This document shows positions 1 to 64,000 of a stretch of 64,000 nucleotides of DNA, piece after piece. This DNA is from Octopus sinensis (taxonomy: Eukaryota). The stretch covers positions 77,934,001 to 77,998,000 of the forward strand of contig NC_042999.1 in assembly GCF_006345805.1 (NCBI RefSeq), written 5' to 3'. Position 1 is the first letter of the stretch; each line of letters begins with the position of its first letter. The notes under the pieces were generated by a model. The model was not told where the DNA came from and ran no database searches. It saw only the letters and a program-made list of their open reading frames with translations. The position numbers were made by a program, and so were the translations under genes.

Positions 1-520
1 TACTTAGGATCTCATTTTCGTCAAGACAAATGGGGCTTTTCAAGTGAAACAAATCATCTCTATGAGGCTCAGGGTCCAAAGATCCATCATCACTATTTTG
101 TTCCATGTCTTCCTGAATTTCCTTCTACAAATTGTATCACATATAATGATTGGCCCTCCTTTATATATACTGTCATCTTCCACATGCATCAAAAGCCATA
201 TCAGCATAGTTTTCTCTCTTGCATACATCTGATTTCTCTTACACCAAATATTTTTCTCAACACATTTGCATTTTGTTATACAAGGTATTGACAATGCATA
301 TCCAGCAGAGCAAAGTAGCTTCATTTCCAGTCTTTGTAAGTCCTCTGCATTCATGGCTCACATTTCATCATCATGCAATATTGTGGTTTGAACACAAGAA
401 TTATACCACCTGCCTTTCATTCTGAGAGAAAATAACTTTTGTTCCCTGTTTTCTAAACTTTCTCCACCCTGTTCCTATTCTAGTAACTATACTTTCAGAA
501 CAGTCTCCTCTATTGCTAGA
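1..520 (-). mobile_element. Degenerate RTE-clade LINE, C-terminal ORF fragment
   Basis: Minus-strand translation fragments (RTGWRKFR, EDLQRLEMKLL, HVEDDS, RKTWNKIV) match the better preserved RTE copies at 36973 and 61440. Confidence 0.7.
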
Positions 521-1043
521 ATTCCTCTTAGCATATATAAACTAGTATTAAGAAATGTAAACCAATTAACATCAGATAGGGGTAGTATTATCAATCATAT
601 AAATAGATATTTGTCTCGATTTGTAGTTATCTAAACTAACTTATTAAAGATTGAGCTGTTGGCTAGTAAACTGTCCCGTTATATTTTTTATTTAAAAAAT
701 ATTTTCAAATACATTTCATAAATGTAAACAAAGAGATTTTAGAGTTTCTTTAAAACTCATTTGACCATTAGACAAAGGTGAAAACCTTCTGTAGAAATAC
801 AATACCTTCCTAGAATATATTTCCTTCATGGATAATAAAAATTCTAAATATAGTGAATCTAATGGATTGTTTTATTGATTTTGCTTTAATAATAGCAGCG
901 TCTTGTTTGTGTTATATGTTCTTTAGTTGTTTCCAAATATTACCTGTATAAATATGATTAATGCTGATTTGAATATTTTCACCCCTGGTGACTGTGATAA
1001 AATGAAGGAAACAGTTTATGAAGTTGAAATCTAAATATACACC

Positions 1044-2150
1044 ATCATTATCAGCATCTTTTATTGTCCATCTTCCCTATTGGCATTGGTTGGATTGTTT
1101 GACAGGCTCCAATTGATCTGAGAACTACCTCAGGTTCTAATGTCTGCTTTGGCATAATTTCTATGGATGGATGTCCTTCCTAATGCTAACAGAGAGGAGT
1201 GAGTGTTTTTTTTTTAGCACTTGCACTAGTGAGGTTGCCATTCAATCTGCAAGACTAAGATCCCCTTCAAATGAGTGGCGCTATAGTAGAGGAGGTGGCT
1301 TTATGCTAGATGAGATGAGATGTTTAAGTATGAAAGGAGGGGCCAGAACTGAACAGGTTTCTTACTGTAGAGGAATTACATGGCTACTCACATTATAGAA
1401 GAGGGATAGAACTGGAAAGAGAGATAAAATAGTGGTGATCAAGTATCAGGATGGATCTTGAAGGTAAAAGAAGGTTAATACAGGTGAGTGGGGACAGAAA
1501 AACAGCAAGTGAAAGTGGATAGAGGTTACAAGAATAAGGGATAGTTATAAATGGGAAATGGTTGAGGGGACAAATATAAAGAATAAAGCTTGAGAGGTTG
1601 TTGATGATAAATAAACAAAAAGAAGATTAGGAGGAGTAGGTGATGACTGTAGAGATTGAGAAGGGCTGAAGCATGGAAGTAGTGAATGATAGAGGGGTGA
1701 ATAGTGATACAGGAGATAGAAGGGAAGGTAATGGAGAGTAGTACATGACTGACAACTCATAAGAGGGTAAGGAGTCTCAGAGTAGTAATAATAAGCAGGG
1801 AAAGGCTGAGAGAGAAGGAGATGACAATAGGCAGGTAGATTGCATGAGAGTGAAAGGAGAGGTAGATATAATACTGAGAAAGATTGAGAGGTGTATGGTG
1901 GTTTAGGAGAGCAAATCTGGCAGCACAGAAGGGTGTGAATGGAGAGGGACAATATTATTAGGGAGGGATGTTAAGTGTAGTGGTTCCAGGAAGTGAAAAA
2001 GATAACTTGGTATCTCAGAAAAAAGATGAAGAAATATATATGAAGCCCTGTTCATATGACAAAATACTGAAGTTACAAAAATAATGGAGGAGACAATGAT
2101 AGAGATGATGGGTGGTGGGAACTGAGGAAGAAATTGGACAAGCAATATAG
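1044..2150 (-). repeat. Interspersed repeat with RTE-type 3' tail followed by a long purine-rich tract (copy 1)
   Basis: Starts with the reverse complement of the (GAT)n tail. 1130-1400 aligns by eye with 3490-3760 (aatgtctgc...tttcta...gg...ccttcctaatg...gaggttgcca...tagagg...gctttatg). Confidence 0.6.
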
Positions 2151-3469
2151 TTTGTGAGTGTGTATGTATGTGTGTTCTATGGAAACATCTTTAGGTCTTA
2201 GGTCTGCCATGAGGCTCATAAACTAGGCTGGAATATATTCTGATTTCCATGGTGTATAGGCTACTGAGAGTACAACACATTCTGCTGAACAGCATATCAG
2301 TCTGTCAAAGTTAAAACCCAGCTGTTGTAGTACTCATTTTCAGCTGAACCGACTGGAGTAATGTAAAATGAAACCACAACCTTACAATTGGGAGCACAAC
2401 ACCCTAACCAATCAGCTTTGGGTCTTATGGAAAGATAGTCTTATTTTGTAGTACAAAATATACAAGAACTTAATACATCTTTGTATTTGATAGAAATATA
2501 ACTTCTGATAAATGTTTATTCCTATGTAAGATAAACAGGATTATATAACTCCCCACATTATCAGTTTTTTTTTTTATTGGCTGAAAACATAGATAGAAAA
2601 GAAAATCCTGATAGGCACAGTCAACAAACAGTAGATCAGAACATTGTGTAATCTGAACCATGTAATACAAATAAGCAAATATATACTAGATACCATCATT
2701 TTACACAAAGCTAGAATAGCTTGGACAGGCCATAATAGTCTAAGTTAGTTCTTATTAAGAGTTATGCCTCCCAGATAAGTTGGAGGACTATGACATTTTT
2801 GACTTAGTTCCTACAGTTGGATGCTCTTTTTATAACCAACCACTTTATAGAGTGCACTGGGTGCATTTTATGATCACATTAGCAGAAGCTGTGTCCACAA
2901 GACTAAAGAGTCCACATGTTGTCTCCGTTCATACACCCCAACCACTTCAGAAAGTATACTGACAGTATAGTAGTGAATGTGAATAACAGGTGACCCAGGA
3001 AATGGAAAAGTGTAACAGGTACAAGCAGCTTTGATGTACTGCCTTATACAAAAGGTTAAGGGGAGAGGGCAGAAATCATTATGATGGCTATAAGCAATGG
3101 GAGTGGGTGCAATGGTAGGGAAGAGCAGATAAGCAATGGGAGTGACAAGTGACAGAGGGAGTGATGAGTGATGGAAGGACAAGTGACAGTGATGTGTATG
3201 CTTGTATTTATATATATATATTCATTTATTTTATGTCTGCTTTTCTATGCTAAAATGGATTAGATGAATATATTAAGGTGTTGTTTTGTAAGTGTGTGCT
3301 TTTCCTGTAGCTAACATTTGCCTGCTTTTCAAATAAAGGATATCTTTTTTCATACATCTTCAAGAGCATGATGTGAGTGAATGATCTGTTGATAGAACTG
3401 ACAGCAAGATTGTTCATAGCTTGCAACTTTCATAGTGGACAAATGCAAACAAATACACTGACATACGAT

Positions 3470-4190
3470 CTGTCAGAGAACTGGATCATGGTCCAATGTC
3501 TGCATTAGCATGGTTTCTAAAGCTGGAAGCCCTTCCTAATGTTAACTTTCTTATACAGTGAACTGGGCGGTCTTTTTTTTTTTTTTGAGCGCCAGTACTA
3601 TTGAGGTTGCCATGTGAATTGCAAATTTAATATCCATCTTCAACTGAATAGGGCTACAATAGAGAGGGAGGCAGCTTTATGTTAAGTGATGAAAGGTTAG
3701 AGTATGAAGGAAGAGAGTAGAATAGATCTTTTGCTGTAGAAGTGATATATGACTACATTACACAAGAGTGGGAGGGAAAAATCTGTATGGAGCTGGAAAG
3801 ACAAAGAGGGTGGTGACTAGATGTTACTGTGGGCTCTGACGACAGGAAAAGAAAGTGAGGCCAGACAGAGGTAGCATGAGTGTATGGAGAGATTGAAGGA
3901 TGGAAGAAATGGGATAAGGATGCGAATATACTAAGTATGAACAAGGGTTGAGATGGGAGTAATGTCAATGATAAATTGTTGGATGGAAAATAAGGAAGAG
4001 TAGATGATGACTAGAGATTGGGAAGGATGTGGGGTGAATGTAATGAATGGTGGAGGTGTAATAAATGATACACATAAGTTAAGGAGTCTGTGCTAATTGG
4101 CAGTACAGGAGGATGAAGAGTAGCAGGACAGAGAGAGGTTGCAAAAGAGTGAGTGGATGGGAGACAGGGCAAAATGTATGGTGACATATC
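3470..4190 (-). repeat. Second copy of the RTE-tail/purine-rich interspersed repeat
   Basis: Shared blocks with 1130-1400, followed by a GA-rich tract. Confidence 0.55.
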
Positions 4191-4389
4191 ATTTTTAATG
4201 TATACACACAATTCATAGGCAAGTTACTGCAGTATTTGTTCTCAAATAAGCTCTCTTATGGACATGTGCTAAAAACGTAATAAATATTAGAGAGAGATGA
4301 AAATTTGTTCCAGCAGTCTGGTCCCAGAATCTGACATATTTAACTAATGCCAGCATGGAAAGTGAAAGCAAAACTGATAATATATCCAT

Positions 4390-4701
4390 CTTTTAGTTGC
4401 TTCAGTCATCAGGCTGCAGCCATGTTGGGGCACTGCCTTGAAGAATTTTAGTCGAACAAATCAACTCTAGCACTTATTTATTTTCTCTAAAAACCTGGCA
4501 CTTATTTTATTGGTCTCTTTTGCCAAACTGCTAATTCATGGAGACATAAACACAGACATAATCCTCATTATCATCCTTTAATGTCCATTTTCCATGCTGG
4601 CATGGGTTGGACAGGCATATATAAGTATATACACAATGGACTTTTTTCAGCTTCCATTTACATGCACACATATATACAGGTACTCAGACATACACATATG
4701 T

Positions 4702-4738
<37 letters not shown>

Positions 4739-5010
4739 ATCATGTAATATCTACTTTTCCATGTTTGCCTGGGTCAGATAGAATTAGTTGTGGTTGATGC
4801 CCTGCCTATCACCTACCCTTACCTTTCCCAAGCAAAGTAATATTTTCCCATAACCAGACATTTTTTTTCATGGAAATGTGGAAACAAACTCATCTGCATG
4901 ATAATGCTTCATATTATAACCTTCATAGAAAATACTTGCCCATGGTACTGTGCAGTGGAATTGAACCCAATATCACTTGGTTGGGAAGCAAGCTTCTTGA
5001 CCAAACAACT
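4390..5010 (-). mobile_element. tRNA-derived SINE, interrupted by an RTE-tail repeat and (CA)n
   Basis: Body ttcagtcat...gcagccatgttggggcactgccttgaag at 4400-4555 and head acttgcccatggtactgtgcagtggaattgaaccc at 4934-5005 match the SINE at 56641-57005. Confidence 0.6.
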
Positions 5011-6477
5011 ATATATATATTTATATACACAGAAAGTGGACATAAATGATAACAATGATATAACACTATATTTTTAATAATGTTGCTCAACTTCACAACA
5101 CTTGGAGAATAATTACTCTTGGACTTTTTTTATTTTAGAATTACATACAGGCAAAGAAGCAAACTATGTGGATTAACACTGGGCTATATATATATCTATC
5201 TATATATATATATATATAAAGACACTTGGATCCTGGTCAGCTCCAGTCAAACCATCCAACCCATGACAGTATGGAAAATGGATCTTAAATAATGATGATG
5301 ATGATATAAGCACATCATTTGATTCCTTATCTGGTAGCTTTACACCAAATTTATTTTAGTTTTATTTAATTTTCTCGTTTCAGATTTACTCTTGACATTA
5401 CTGTATTTAATTTGAAATTTTGATCTCAGTCTTTGCCTGTTTCAGGTATCAAAAGAAAACCAGTATTCCCTAATTATTTAAAAATAATTTCGAAATAACA
5501 CAGAGATGCATGAGAATCTGAGTTCTATCCAACTACACAGTATTCTGGGCAACTATCTTCTGTCACAACTCATTTGCTTTGTGAATGAAATTTGGTAGAT
5601 GGAAATTGTGCAGTAGCTCATTGTGTGTGTGAAAATGGAGTTATTTCAGGATGTACTCCTCTAGTCTTTGTCTTACAGGATTCACCAAAACCACAGTGGA
5701 GCAGTGCAGATAGGTCAACACCACCAACACCATGGCTAAGATGCTGTATCTATACCTCTCCTAGATAGGTGTCTGACAAGAACAACCAAAGTGGTTTTGC
5801 AGCACCTATGTTCACCCTTCTGAATAGTTCTATGTCCCTGCACACTATTGTTAGATAGTTATTGATCTACACTGGGTCAATGTGTTCTTTTAACAGGTCT
5901 TGTTTCTATCATGCAGGGTCACTAGCAAGTCTCTTCATCAGGTTAGCTTGATGGAGGTGCTGGTTTAGCCATTTATAACCTAACCATGTAGCAGGTTGTA
6001 CTGGACAGTATGTTGCCAGTGGCCTGAGAATAAAACAAGCTGTGACAGCTTTAAAGTGGTTCCTACAAACCAGATTTCCAGTAACCTACTGCAGGGAGGA
6101 GGTACTAATTCTTCTGGGTTAGTTAGGGAAGATAGTGACACTGGGAAATGCACATCTCCAAAGCCACTATAAAGTGTGTACAGGTATTTTCTTCTGTGAT
6201 GTGTATAGGATCCTGGATCTTAAGAAGTCATTGTCATTGCAAGGGCCAGGGGCATCATGTACATCTGCAATGATGTGCTACTGCAACTTTTACAGTTTAT
6301 TTTTCATAAAGGCACATAGTAGGTGTAGTATAAGTGGTAGCAGTCATAACTACCTGGTCATCCACATTGTTGCACCTATGGATACCTTTAATTACTGTAC
6401 TTATTAAATAATTACAGTAATTAAAATATCCACAATTGATAGAGAATACAGTCAGCAGAGAGAGAGAGAGAACTTAC

Positions 6478-62678
<56,201 letters not shown>

Positions 62679-62696
62679 CTACCTCCATAATAATTA

Positions 62697-63378
62697 TGGT
62701 TTCTAATTTAGGTACAAGGCCAGCAATTAATTTTGAGAAGAGAGGAATAGTCAATACCATCGACTCAGTAATTGGCCTGTATAATATTTTATTGATCCAA
62801 GGGATGAATAGCAAAGTTGACCTTACTAGGCTTTGAACTCACAATGTAAAGAACCAGAACAAATATTACAAAGTATTTTTTCCAACATCAATGATTCTGC
62901 CAATTCACTAGTTGAAAAAATGATTTCTGATTTTGTCACAAAGGCCATTATTTTTGAAAAGAGGAGTTAGTTGATGATATCAGCCCAGTACTTGACTGGC
63001 ACTTTTTATAGATTCTGAAAAGAGGCCAGACAAAATTAATCTAGGTGAGATTTGAACTTAGAATGTAAAGAACCAGAAGAAATTTGGCAAGGCATTTTTC
63101 ATTGCTCAAATGATTCTGCCGAATTTAGTGCCTAATAATAACTGTTTCTCACATAGGCACAATGTGTGACATAAAAAAACCCCAAAATATATAGATAAAA
63201 TAAAGTAGGGTTATTAAATTGGCCCAATACTGGACTGGTGCTTTACATTTTTGACCCTGAAAGAGTGAAAAGCAAAGTTGATCTAGGTTGGATTGAAAGC
63301 AGAATGTAAGGATCCATAGCTAAATACTACAAAGCATTCTGCTTTAAGTTCTAATGATTTTGCCAATCTATTGCCTTT
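62697..63378 (-). repeat. Three head-to-tail decayed copies of the Deu/Nin-like SINE
   Basis: Units at about 62697-62912, 62920-63135 and 63140-63378, each with g.tttct..t...gg.acaa, tt(t)gaact(c/t)a.aatgtaaaga and aatgatt(c/t)tgcc. Confidence 0.7.
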
Positions 63379-63544
63379 ATGATAATAATAATGATGGTGG
63401 TGGTGGTGGTGGTTTTTAACTGAGGCACAAAACCAAACATTTCTTTTGAAGTGTATATCACATACAGAGGTTTGATAAATGACTTGAAATGAAGCTATAG
63501 ACCTTTGAGTCATTTATGCAGCTGTCACATGCATTGGATGTAGA

Positions 63545-64000
63545 AAAGTTATTGACAGCCAGTGCATTATTCCATATAATATATGGTTACTACAAAGATA
63601 TGAAGCACATATTCATGAAGAGTGGTGTGTCTCAATTAAGGAAGTAAAATATCAATACATTTATATCTTCAAGAGAATAATTTTAACAATGTGCAATGAC
63701 TGCCTTAGCCGCATAAAAATGAAGAAATTAACAAATTAAACAGTGAAATGATGAAAAAACTTCCAGGAGAGACTTCTGTAAATGTTAACACTGTTACTAA
63801 TGACAAGTTGTTTGTATCCACCAGAATTTATTAATTCTCTTAATGTTAGAGATGTATTCCTTCACTTTAGTTAAAGAAATTGAAGCTCCAATAATGTTGA
63901 AAAACCTTAATCACAGAAACAGCCAATGCAAAACTACACATTATAGACTTTCATCAACAAATGACACTTAAATACAAGTAAAATAACTGGTGATGATGCA
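63545..64000 (+). mobile_element. Helitron RepHel pseudogene fragment (Rep motif joined to a Pif1-helicase segment), runs off the window
   Basis: VIDSQCIIPYNIWLLQRYEAHIHEEWCVSIKEVKYQYIYIFK resembles the Rep motif DNRWVVPYN..L..Y.AHINVE.C.S..SVKY.YKY. It is followed by KNEEINKLNSEMMKKLPGE, LYPPEFINSLN and APIML-KNLN (Pif1 YP.EFLNSL...PIMLLRNL). Confidence 0.8.

Noticed and set aside
1545-2145. 135-aa and 80-aa minus-strand ORFs rich in L/S/P
   Set aside because: They are a by-product of a purine-rich repeat tract with few stops on the pyrimidine strand; no recognisable domain.
1-6477. Search for the terminal B56 exon (EKKKEKERE.LW..L-like)
   Set aside because: No convincing minus-strand match was found; it presumably lies beyond the left edge of the window.

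Overview
AT-rich, repeat-dense eukaryotic (animal) genomic DNA. The SINE, RTE and microsatellite landscape resembles octopus/coleoid cephalopod DNA; this is inferred from pattern recognition, not from a search. The window lies inside one minus-strand intron-rich gene encoding a PP2A B56 (B', PPP2R5; alpha/epsilon, widerborst-like) regulatory subunit. Eight coding exons were read by hand with GT-AG boundaries and consistent phases: 62467-62597, 49124-49183, 23218-23326, 20888-20941, 15937-15987, 15828-15878, 8626-8745 and 6478-6707. The first and last coding exons were not found and presumably lie outside the window. Main observation: the 51-nt exon encoding the conserved KFWPKxCSxKE segment occurs twice in tandem (AVKGLLKFWPKQCSQKE and VVKILLKFWPKRCSIKE). 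The copies are 58 nt apart and both have intact splice sites, which is the signature of a mutually exclusive exon pair. The introns hold RTE, CR1-like and Tx1 LINE relics, tRNA-derived SINEs, mariner and maT relics, Helitrons and TTAA MITEs. They also contain a three-level nest (solo LTR > Tx1 > RTE tail), a tRNA-headed element with a decayed hammerhead-like motif, and a 377-bp orphan insert between perfect 28-bp direct repeats. No prokaryotic features or CRISPR arrays are supported.
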